A DNA stretch of 32,000 nt from Dubosiella newyorkensis. GTDB lineage: Bacteria; Bacillota_I; Bacilli_A; Erysipelotrichales; Erysipelotrichaceae. A program made the translations under genes and the position numbers. The stretch lies in NCBI RefSeq assembly GCF_001945605.1, contig NZ_MPKA01000059.1, forward strand, positions 13,906 through 45,905. Reading direction: 5' to 3'. The notes under the pieces were generated by a model, which was given only the letters and a program-made list of their open reading frames with translations, searched no databases and was not told where the DNA came from. Positions 16,559-24,736 of the stretch are shown one piece after another (position 1 is the first letter of the stretch; every line of letters starts with the position of its first letter).

Positions 16559-17674
16559 ATGAATGTGGCTATCATTTCTGCATTTGATACCTATTTTGAT
16601 CGAGTGCGGCTTTTGAAGCGTTTTTTTGAAGCGCAAGGAAACCAAGTCACTGTCATTACTTCTGACTTTTCGCATCGAAAGAAAGAATATGTTCAATATA
16701 TTTCGGGAGCGGATATTTTGGTTCATGCCCGAAAATATCGTAAGAATCTTTCAGTATCTCGCTTGCTTTCCCATTATCGCTTATCTCGATCGATCAAAGA
16801 ACAAGTTGAACAAATCCATCCAGATTTGATTTATTGCTTATTACCATCGAACTCCCTTGCGAAAGAAATGGAATCTTATAAAAAAGAGCATCCATCGACG
16901 AAACTTGTTTTTGATGTGATCGACCTTTGGCCTGAAGCGATGCCAGTCCAAAAATTTTTAAATCTGCTGCCGTTTCGGTTTTGGAAAAATCTAAGAGACC
17001 ATCATTTAGATGCGGCAGATCAAATCTTTACAGAATGCAATTTATATCAAAATGTATTAAAAAAAGAAAATGACCCAAAATACGAAACGCTATATTGGGC
17101 TCGTTCAGAAATCCCTTGTTCTTTTTCGAATTTGATTTCGGAAGATGAATTGCACTTTATCTATTTGGGCTCGATCAATAATATTATCGATATCGATTTT
17201 ATTGTTGAGTTTTTGTGTTTATGTAAAAAAGAAAAGACTACGATCATGCATCTTATTGGACAAGGGGAATCTAAAAAACAATTGATCCAAAAATTAAAGG
17301 AAAAAGAGATCGAAGTGATCGATCACGGTATCGTATATTCACAAGAAAAAAAACAAGCGATCTTTGATCAATGTAATTATGCGCTCAATATTATGAAGCC
17401 AAGCGTTGTCGTCGGCCTTTCTATGAAATCTTTAGATTATTTATGTGGAGGCGTTCCTTTGATCAACACGATCCAAGGCGATACGTTTGATCTAGTTAAA
17501 AAGTATGATCTAGGTTTCAACATCGACCAAAATTCTATAGAACAGATCGTGCAGACGGTTTGTCACTATCCTTTACAAAAACAATTTGAACAAAGAGAAA
17601 ATTGCCGAAAAGTCTATCGCGAAATGTTTTATGAAGCTTCATTTATCGAGACTCTAAAAAAGAAAGGACTATGA
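16559..17674 (+). CDS. Glycosyltransferase, GT-B fold (GT4-like)
   Basis: ATG 16559 after GAAGGAGGAG (16543-16552), 1 nt after the upstream TAG. The C-terminal half has the GT-B donor-binding pattern (LIGQGESKKQL...GLSMKSLDYLCGGVPLINT). It lies next to the initiating transferase. Confidence 0.7.
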   Translation: MNVAIISAFDTYFDRVRLLKRFFEAQGNQVTVITSDFSHRKKEYVQYISGADILVHARKYRKNLSVSRLLSHYRLSRSIKEQVEQIHPDLIYCLLPSNSLAKEMESYKKEHPSTKLVFDVIDLWPEAMPVQKFLNLLPFRFWKNLRDHHLDAADQIFTECNLYQNVLKKENDPKYETLYWARSEIPCSFSNLISEDELHFIYLGSINNIIDIDFIVEFLCLCKKEKTTIMHLIGQGESKKQLIQKLKEKEIEVIDHGIVYSQEKKQAIFDQCNYALNIMKPSVVVGLSMKSLDYLCGGVPLINTIQGDTFDLVKKYDLGFNIDQNSIEQIVQTVCHYPLQKQFEQRENCRKVYREMFYEASFIETLKKKGL

Positions 17675-18504
17675 AATTGAACTTACATTCGAAAGAACCT
17701 GACATACCTGTTCCCTTATACGCCATTTTAGTCGCGTATAATCATTCATTAGAAAAATCGCCTTCTTATCAAGCATTGAACAAACATAAAGATATTCAGC
17801 TGATCGTTTGTGATAACAGTACGAATGGAGTGGATATTCGTTCAAATGTTGTCGAGGACGGAAATATTTATATTTCCATGCATGGGAATCGTGGGTTATC
17901 TAAAGCTTATAATCGAGCGTTGGATCAGATCCAAGTAGAAGATCCTACACTTGAAGGATACGTCATGTTGTTTGATGACGATACAAAGATATCGAATCAA
18001 TATTTTGAAGAAGTAAAAAAAGCCATTCAAACGAAAGAAGCGGATATCTATTTGCCTTTAGTGACTGATGGACACCCTGAACAAGGGTATTTATCTCCTT
18101 CAATTTTAAGGGAACCATATGTGCACCGAACAAAAACGCCATGGCTTTTGAAGGAACAAGAAATTTGCGGGATCAATAGCGGAATGTTGATTTCATTGTC
18201 TCTTTTTAAAGAATATAGATATAATGAAGAATTGTTTTTAGATCATGTAGATCATGACTTTATTCGTTCTATGCGAAAACAAAAGGCGATAATTAAAATC
18301 TTGAACGCAGAACTCAACCAAGATTTATCTTCCTTTCAAACCGATGGAACGAAAGCAATCAGCAGGTACGATATTTTAAAAAGGGATTTAAACGTATTCT
18401 ATAAAGAAGGATGGAAAAACCGTCTTTATTATTATTATGTATTATTCCGCAGAAAAGGAAGTATCTTTATGCAAACGAAAGACTGGCGGATATGGCTTCA
18501 TTAA
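17671..18504 (+). CDS. Glycosyltransferase family 2 (GT-A)
   Basis: ATGA overlap at 17671-17674. It has YAILVAYNHS...IQLIVCDNSTNG and the DxD-type motif MLFDDDTKI. Confidence 0.75.
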   Translation: MKLNLHSKEPDIPVPLYAILVAYNHSLEKSPSYQALNKHKDIQLIVCDNSTNGVDIRSNVVEDGNIYISMHGNRGLSKAYNRALDQIQVEDPTLEGYVMLFDDDTKISNQYFEEVKKAIQTKEADIYLPLVTDGHPEQGYLSPSILREPYVHRTKTPWLLKEQEICGINSGMLISLSLFKEYRYNEELFLDHVDHDFIRSMRKQKAIIKILNAELNQDLSSFQTDGTKAISRYDILKRDLNVFYKEGWKNRLYYYYVLFRRKGSIFMQTKDWRIWLH

Positions 18505-19202
18505 AGCGTCCGAGCGTTTCTGTCGCGTTAGCTGCTTACAATGGAGAAAAGTATCTTCATCGTCAAATTCAATCGATTTTAGAACAACTCAAAGAAGACG
18601 ATGAACTTGTTATTTCATTAGATCCAAGCCAAGATCAAAGCGAAGAACTTATACGTTCTTTTCATGATCCACGAATCAAACTATTAAAAGGGCCAGGAAA
18701 AGGATTGATCAAAAATTTTGAAAACGCGCTTCTTCATACAAGAAATGATGTTATTTTTCTCTCTGATCAAGATGATATTTGGTATTCTAACAAGATCCAA
18801 TCGATCTTACCAAAATTGAAAGATTCGATTCTTGTGATCCATGATTGTCGAATTGTCGTTGAATGTGGGAAAGAGATAGAACACTCCTTTATGCGGTTTC
18901 ATCATTCTAAGCCAGGCTTTTTACGGAATATAATCCGAAATTCATACATTGGTTGTTGCATGGCTTTTAAAAAGGAACTCAAACAATATATCCTGCCTTT
19001 TCCAGAACGGATTCCAATGCATGATCAATGGATCGGATTGATTGCTGAAAGAAAAGGCAACGTCTATTGGGATAAAACTATTTTGATGGACTATGTCCGT
19101 CATTCAAAGAACGCTTCTTCATTATCGCATGCCTCTATGATGCAAATGTTGAATTGGCGGATCGAATTATGGAAAGCATTAAAGAAAAGGAGTATTTTAT
19201 GA
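18492..19202 (+). CDS. Glycosyltransferase family 2 (rhamnosyltransferase-like)
   Basis: ATG 18492 overlaps the upstream gene by 13 nt. It has SVSVALAAYNGEKYLHRQIQSILEQ and FLSDQDDIW. The track start 18411 lies inside the previous gene. Confidence 0.85.
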   Translation: MASLKRPSVSVALAAYNGEKYLHRQIQSILEQLKEDDELVISLDPSQDQSEELIRSFHDPRIKLLKGPGKGLIKNFENALLHTRNDVIFLSDQDDIWYSNKIQSILPKLKDSILVIHDCRIVVECGKEIEHSFMRFHHSKPGFLRNIIRNSYIGCCMAFKKELKQYILPFPERIPMHDQWIGLIAERKGNVYWDKTILMDYVRHSKNASSLSHASMMQMLNWRIELWKALKKRSIL

Positions 19203-20188
19203 TATCGGTTGCGATGGCAACGTATAATGGCGAGAACTATATTAGCGAACAAATCGATTCGATCATAAACCAAACAAGAAAGGTGGATGAAATTATAATT
19301 GTAGATGATCATTCTACCGATCAAACGGTTCCGATTCTTCTCCATCTTCAAAAGGATCATCCGGAATGGAACATCAAGATCCATGTCAATACAAAAAATG
19401 TCGGATATAAAACGAATTTTAAAAACACGATCGAATTGACGAGCGGCGATTTTATTTTTTTATGTGATCAGGACGATATTTGGCATAAAGACAAAGTTGA
19501 AAAAATGATGAATATCCTTGATTCGAATTCAAGAATCTTAGCTTTAACGAGTAGTTTTGATTTGATCGATGGGAATGGTGATCCTTTAATGATCGAAGAA
19601 AAAGAAGGCCGTTCTAACCATAACTTATTGCTGAAGAAAGTAGAAGCAGATTCGATTACTGAAATCACATTTGAAGAATTCGTCTATCATAATTATTTTC
19701 AAGGGTGTTCTTCTGTCATCAGACAAGAATTGAAGGAAGATTTTTTAAACAATTTTTCAACCACCTTGCCTCATGATTGGTTGATTCATCTACTAGCAGC
19801 TAAGAAGAAGGGGATGTTTTTTTATAATCATCCGCTGTTTGATTATCGCATCCACGAAAAAAATACGATTGGTATGGTCGGTGAAATCAAACCAACTCTA
19901 AAACAAAAATGGAATTTGATGAACGATCTAGCTATTCGCGAACAATTTGCGAAGGAACGCGTTGAATCATTAAGTGTCGTAGAACAAATCGATCCTGATT
20001 TTATGAACCAGCATCCAGAATATATCAAAATGAAAGCTTTTTGCGAAAAGCATTGCCAGTATTTGGAAAACAAACAGTTCTTTCATTTGTTGTGGCAGAA
20101 CTTCAATCCGATCTATAAGCAATTAAAGACAAGGAATGCTCGGATGTATGATTTGATTTTTGCGTTGAATAAAGCAAATTATAATTAG
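19199..20188 (+). CDS. Glycosyltransferase family 2 (rhamnosyltransferase-like)
   Basis: ATG 19199 (ATGA overlap) after AAAAGGAG. It has MISVAMATYNGENYISEQIDSIINQT, IIIVDDHSTDQT and FLCDQDDIWHKDK. Confidence 0.85.
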   Translation: MISVAMATYNGENYISEQIDSIINQTRKVDEIIIVDDHSTDQTVPILLHLQKDHPEWNIKIHVNTKNVGYKTNFKNTIELTSGDFIFLCDQDDIWHKDKVEKMMNILDSNSRILALTSSFDLIDGNGDPLMIEEKEGRSNHNLLLKKVEADSITEITFEEFVYHNYFQGCSSVIRQELKEDFLNNFSTTLPHDWLIHLLAAKKKGMFFYNHPLFDYRIHEKNTIGMVGEIKPTLKQKWNLMNDLAIREQFAKERVESLSVVEQIDPDFMNQHPEYIKMKAFCEKHCQYLENKQFFHLLWQNFNPIYKQLKTRNARMYDLIFALNKANYN

Positions 20189-20263
20189 ATTTATTAAAAA
20201 AATTACTATGTTTCATTATTGGCATCAAGATTTAATGGGAAAAACTAAGACAGGGAGGTTGTA

Positions 20264-22018
20264 TTGAAAAAATTTTCTTTGAATATCAATACTAAGAAAT
20301 TGATTATTAAAAAGTTGTCGGTTTTTATAGCAGTTATATTATTACTGTTAGTGAGAATTGTTTCTTCTGAATATAGAACTATAATATATGATACTAATAG
20401 TTATAGTGATGAAAGATTGATGTTAGAGTATTCAGATCTAGAAAAGCATTTTGATCCAGAATTTGAAAATCCTCGTACTCTACAGAAAACGATGACTTTT
20501 TCTTGGTTTATAAACTTACCTAGAAAACTTGGTATTTCTTTAAATAAATTACTTGCTTTATGTTGGGGCTTGGCCGCAATTTTAACCTATTTACTATTGT
20601 TGAGGATTTCAAGAAATCGGATTTTATCTTTAATTGGATATGCGACCGTTTTATTCTGCCCTGCTGGATTTGAATTTAATACGGGGGTTCATTTTTATCG
20701 AAATTTAATAATTGCTCCATTCCTTTTTATATTTTTTTGTTCTTTATTAAATATACTTTATTTAAGCTGGAATCCAAAGAAAACAAGAATAATTAGCTAT
20801 ATAATTTATTCTGTGGTTTTAAGTATTATCTATCCTATGTGTTTTTATATTAAAGAAGATGGATTCTGGATGAAACCCGTATTATACTTTTTTTTATTTA
20901 CCGCATTTATAGGTTTAGTTATCAAACTATGTTTTATTAAAACTTTAAATATTAAAAGAATATTTCTGTTTCTAGTATGTCTTGTTTTACCAATAGTCAA
21001 TTTCAATATACAAACCGCAAAATATTTAAAAGCAAATGAAAAATCATTTAATTATTCGGATATAACTTTAAGGACTGGCGGCTCTTTTGCTTCTGTAGCA
21101 AATCAAGTTTATAAAATAGCATCAGATGAAAGAACCTATAGATTTTGGGCTCCAAGAGATGCGATAAAGAAAGCAATTGATGTCTCTCCAACATTACAAA
21201 GTATGCCCGATCTTATAGAAAGAATAGATAATTTTCCATGGTATGCAGGTACTGAAATACCAGGTGATTTTTTACCTTGGGTAATGTTATTTTCTTTAGA
21301 AGATACAGGAAGATATACGAACGCTGCAGATATTGAAAAAATTTACAGTAAAATTGATGAAGAAATACGACAAGCCTTTGAAAATGGTAGTTTAAAAAAA
21401 GATCAAAAATTTCAGTTAACGAAATCAGCTGGGGGAAGAAGTGTTCAGGAGATATTCTTAATGTTTCCAGATATTATCCAATTGTATGAAACCGTAATCT
21501 TCTTAAAAGGATATGATTCATCATATAAGATGCCTAGCCAAGAAGACCAGGATTATATTGGTTCGTTTACAGAACAACTAAATCAAGATTTAACATATCC
21601 TTCAAACTCAAAATTAAGAAATGATTTTATTTTTAAAAATGAAATAGGTAAAAAGATAACTGAGATTGACTTTAATATATATAGAATTTGGATTCCAGTG
21701 TTGTTTTTTACTGGAATATTAAGTTGGCTTTTATCGCTGCTTTTAGGATTTAAAAAAATCAAACCGAATACTCTAGATCAGTGGTTAAGTCTATTTTCAG
21801 TATTTGTTTTAATGGGTATTTCTTTCGCTTATGCGACAGGAATCGTTTGGTTCTCTGAATTTTTAGTTACAGCTGGTAATATTCAAACGGATGAAATATG
21901 GCGAATCATATTTTATGGTGTAGGAATTGTTCCGATGATCTATCTTTCTATTTTGATCGCCATGTGTTTGACTTGGAGTATTCTAAAATGGAGTTATTCG
22001 AGACTAAAGGATAGATAA
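20264..22018 (+). CDS. Polytopic membrane protein with a large extracytoplasmic domain; possible GT-C-type glycosyltransferase
   Basis: TTG start after GGGAGG. It has about 8 N-terminal TM segments with an acidic first loop (YSDERLMLEYSD), a ~220-aa soluble domain and 3 C-terminal TM segments. It is markedly more AT-rich than its neighbours. Function is only inferred. Confidence 0.65.
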   Translation: MKKFSLNINTKKLIIKKLSVFIAVILLLLVRIVSSEYRTIIYDTNSYSDERLMLEYSDLEKHFDPEFENPRTLQKTMTFSWFINLPRKLGISLNKLLALCWGLAAILTYLLLLRISRNRILSLIGYATVLFCPAGFEFNTGVHFYRNLIIAPFLFIFFCSLLNILYLSWNPKKTRIISYIIYSVVLSIIYPMCFYIKEDGFWMKPVLYFFLFTAFIGLVIKLCFIKTLNIKRIFLFLVCLVLPIVNFNIQTAKYLKANEKSFNYSDITLRTGGSFASVANQVYKIASDERTYRFWAPRDAIKKAIDVSPTLQSMPDLIERIDNFPWYAGTEIPGDFLPWVMLFSLEDTGRYTNAADIEKIYSKIDEEIRQAFENGSLKKDQKFQLTKSAGGRSVQEIFLMFPDIIQLYETVIFLKGYDSSYKMPSQEDQDYIGSFTEQLNQDLTYPSNSKLRNDFIFKNEIGKKITEIDFNIYRIWIPVLFFTGILSWLLSLLLGFKKIKPNTLDQWLSLFSVFVLMGISFAYATGIVWFSEFLVTAGNIQTDEIWRIIFYGVGIVPMIYLSILIAMCLTWSILKWSYSRLKDR

Positions 22019-22025
22019 GTATTCT

Positions 22026-23177
22026 ATGATGAAAACTGGAGATCTCGCTAAAATCGCAAATATAAGTTTACGAACTTTACGTTACTATGACAAAATAGGG
22101 CTTCTGAAACCTTCGCAGATCGCTCCAAATGGATATCGACAATACAATGAAGAAGATCTCATTCGATTGCAGAAGATCTTGTTATTAAAAAAGCTTGGCT
22201 TTTCTCTAGAAGAAATCGAAGGAATGCTGCTAGAAAAAGATCCTTCTTGGATCGATTCATTAAAAGAGCAAATTGGATTGGTCGATCAAAAGATTCAATA
22301 TTTTCAATTACTCAAAGAAACGATTCGAAAGACGATCGAGATCGTAGAGCGTAATGGAATGTCGGTTGAAAAAACAGTGCAGCTTCTTGAAATTATTTCT
22401 AAAGATGATCAGCTTGTAGAACAATATAAAAATTCAAAGAATCTTCATGTTCGTATTCGTCTTCATCATTTATATTCGACAAATCCTATTGATTGGTTTT
22501 CTTGGCTGAAAGAACAGATCGATTTTTCAAAAGGGTATCGGATTTTAGAATTAGGTGTTGGTAATGGCGATTTATGGATTGAACCAAAAGTTGATTTAAG
22601 AAATCGAGAAATTTTTCTTTCCGATATTTCGGAGGGAATGCTCGAAGACGCGAAAAAAAGACTTTCTGATGATTTTTCTTTTATGCAGATCGACGCGCAA
22701 AATATTCCATTTAAAAAAGACTTTTTTGATTTAGTGATCGCGAATCACGTTCTGTTTTACTTGAATGATCTTTCAAAGGGATTGAATGAAATCTATCGTG
22801 TATTGAAAAAAGGTGGAGTTTTTTATGCGAGCTCATATTCAAAAAGCCATATGAAAGAGATCACGGATCTCGCGAAAGAATTTGATTCAAGGATCCAACT
22901 GTCGCAAAACGTTTTACCTGATGTTTTTGGCAAAGAAAATGGAGAAAAATTGTTAGGTTCTTTCTTTTCTCAAGTTGAACGCAAGGACTACAACGATACA
23001 TTGGTGATCGACCAAGCAAAGCCGATCGTTGACTATATAATAAGTTGTCATGGAAATCAAAATGAGATCTTAAGTGGTCATATTCGCGAATTTTATCAAT
23101 TTGTAGAAGATAAGATCAAAGCGCAAGGGGCGATCACTGTCACCAAGGAAGCGTGTTTGTTCATTGCGAAAAAATAA
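22026..23177 (+). CDS. MerR-family transcriptional regulator fused to a class I SAM-dependent methyltransferase domain
   Basis: The N-terminus has a MerR HTH plus coiled coil (TGDLAKIANISLRTLRYYDKIGLLKPS...NGYRQYNEEDLIRLQKILLLKKLGFSLEEI). The C-terminus has MTase motif I ILELGVGNGDLW, then FLSDISEGML, FDLVIANHVLFY and LKKGGVFYAS. ATG at 22026 or 22029. Confidence 0.88.
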   Translation: MMKTGDLAKIANISLRTLRYYDKIGLLKPSQIAPNGYRQYNEEDLIRLQKILLLKKLGFSLEEIEGMLLEKDPSWIDSLKEQIGLVDQKIQYFQLLKETIRKTIEIVERNGMSVEKTVQLLEIISKDDQLVEQYKNSKNLHVRIRLHHLYSTNPIDWFSWLKEQIDFSKGYRILELGVGNGDLWIEPKVDLRNREIFLSDISEGMLEDAKKRLSDDFSFMQIDAQNIPFKKDFFDLVIANHVLFYLNDLSKGLNEIYRVLKKGGVFYASSYSKSHMKEITDLAKEFDSRIQLSQNVLPDVFGKENGEKLLGSFFSQVERKDYNDTLVIDQAKPIVDYIISCHGNQNEILSGHIREFYQFVEDKIKAQGAITVTKEACLFIAKK

Positions 23178-23209
23178 TTTTGTGAAATTATCAAATTGAA
23201 TCTTATATA

Positions 23210-23240
23210 TTGACCCTTACGTAACGTAAGGGTTTAATAT
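23210..23240 (+). promoter_or_regulatory. MerR-type promoter/operator candidate (also able to fold as a terminator hairpin)
   Basis: TTGACC (23210-23215), a 19-nt spacer, then TAATAT (23235-23240). A perfect dyad ACCCTTACGT-A-ACGTAAGGGT (23213-23233) sits in the spacer. It lies 29 nt before rfbA ATG 23269 (SD AAAGGAGA). The same dyad plus TTTAATATTTTT could terminate the upstream gene. Confidence 0.5.
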
Positions 23241-23268
23241 TTTTATAACGATAAAAAAGGAGACTACT

Positions 23269-24150
23269 ATGAAAGGTATAATTTTAGCGGGAGGTTCAGG
23301 CACTCGGCTGTATCCTTTAACAAAAGTAACGAGTAAGCAACTTCTTCCAATTTATGACAAACCAATGATCTATTATCCAATGTCTATTTTGATGCAGGCT
23401 GGAATTCGCGATATTTTGATCATCTCTACTCCAGAAGATCTTCCTCGTTTTGAAGAATTGTTGGGAGATGGTCATCAATTTGGAGTGAATCTTTCTTATA
23501 AAGTTCAGCCTTCTCCTGATGGATTAGCGCAAGCCTTTATTCTTGGAGAAGAGTTTATTGGAGACGATTCTGTCGCAATGATTCTTGGAGATAATATTTT
23601 TAATGGTCATGGATTGACGAAACGTCTTAGAGCTGCTGCACAAAAAGAAAATGGAGCAACCGTATTTGGCTATTACGTAGAAGATCCAGAACGATTTGGT
23701 GTGGTTGAATTTGATGAAAACGGAAAGGCGATCTCTTTAGAAGAAAAGCCTACAGAACCAAAGTCGAACTATGCTGTAACTGGACTCTATTTTTATGATA
23801 ACAATGTAGTGGATTATGCAAAAAATCTAAAACCGAGTCCTCGTGGAGAACTTGAAATTACGGATCTAAATAAAATTTATCTTGAAAAAGGAAATTTGAA
23901 TGTCACATTGCTTGGAGACGGTTTTACATGGTTGGATACGGGAACGCATGAATCTTTGGTAGACGCGACCAACTTCGTAAAAACGATGGAAGACCATCAA
24001 CATCGCAAGATCGCATGTTTAGAAGAAATCGCCTACGATAATGGCTGGATCGATCTAGATCAATTGAAAGAAACGTACGAAATCTATAAAAAGAACCAAT
24101 ATGGAACTTATTTGAAAAAGATCATGGACCGCAAATATATTAAAGACTAA
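23269..24150 (+). CDS. rfbA: Glucose-1-phosphate thymidylyltransferase (RmlA)
   Basis: [34 protein letters not shown], ...GDNIF.G and ...LEITD.N..YL. It is full length (293 aa). Confidence 0.97.
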   Translation: MKGIILAGGSGTRLYPLTKVTSKQLLPIYDKPMIYYPMSILMQAGIRDILIISTPEDLPRFEELLGDGHQFGVNLSYKVQPSPDGLAQAFILGEEFIGDDSVAMILGDNIFNGHGLTKRLRAAAQKENGATVFGYYVEDPERFGVVEFDENGKAISLEEKPTEPKSNYAVTGLYFYDNNVVDYAKNLKPSPRGELEITDLNKIYLEKGNLNVTLLGDGFTWLDTGTHESLVDATNFVKTMEDHQHRKIACLEEIAYDNGWIDLDQLKETYEIYKKNQYGTYLKKIMDRKYIKD

Positions 24151-24160
24151 AGGAGAGTAT

Positions 24161-24736
24161 ATGAAAGTAACAGAAACAAAAATTCCTGGCGTTTTGATCA
24201 TCGACACTGATGTGTTTGGAGATCATCGAGGTTATTTTACAGAAACGTATTCAAAACCAAAATATGAGAAGTTAGGAATCAATGTTGACTTTGTTCAAGA
24301 CAATATGTCCTTCAGCGCGCAAGAAGGAACTTTGAGAGGATTGCACTGGCAAAATCCTCCGTATGCTCAGTCAAAACTGGTATCTTGTACAAAAGGAAAA
24401 GTGATCGATGTAGCTGTTGATATTCGTAAAGGAAGTCCTACATTTGGACAGTGGGTTAGCGTAGAGCTTTCCGAAGACAATCATCGACAGTTCTTTATTC
24501 CACAAGGTTTCGCGCATGGATTCTTGACATTGACTCCAGATGTGGAGTTTCGCTATAAAGTAGATAATGTCTATAATAAGGAATCAGAAGGTGGTATGCG
24601 TTATGATGATCCGACAGTCAATGTGGATTGGGGAAGCCTCCTTCAAGGAATCGAACCTGTATTAAGTGAAAAGGACCAAATCGGACCTACTTTGGAGGAG
24701 TCGGATAATCAGTTTGTGTATGGAGAGAATTGTTAA
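24161..24736 (+). CDS. rfbC: dTDP-4-dehydrorhamnose 3,5-epimerase (RmlC)
   Basis: IPGVLII..DVFGDHRGYFTETY, RGLHWQ, QSKLVSCTKGKVIDVAVDIRKGSPTFGQW and PQGFAHGF. Confidence 0.96.
   Translation: MKVTETKIPGVLIIDTDVFGDHRGYFTETYSKPKYEKLGINVDFVQDNMSFSAQEGTLRGLHWQNPPYAQSKLVSCTKGKVIDVAVDIRKGSPTFGQWVSVELSEDNHRQFFIPQGFAHGFLTLTPDVEFRYKVDNVYNKESEGGMRYDDPTVNVDWGSLLQGIEPVLSEKDQIGPTLEESDNQFVYGENC

Noticed and set aside
15110-19198. Longer upstream starts given by the ORF track (15110 TTG, 15679, 16541, 18411, 19154; also 13077, 24730 and 26822 elsewhere).
   Set aside because: The extensions run inside the preceding gene and lack SD sequences. Internal ATGs with well-spaced SDs give canonical N-termini (MYQKYFKRG, MKRVLITG, MNVAIIS, MASLKRPSVSV, MISVAMATYNG, MNQDKKIAVLLPCYNE) and classic ATGA/TAATG coupling.
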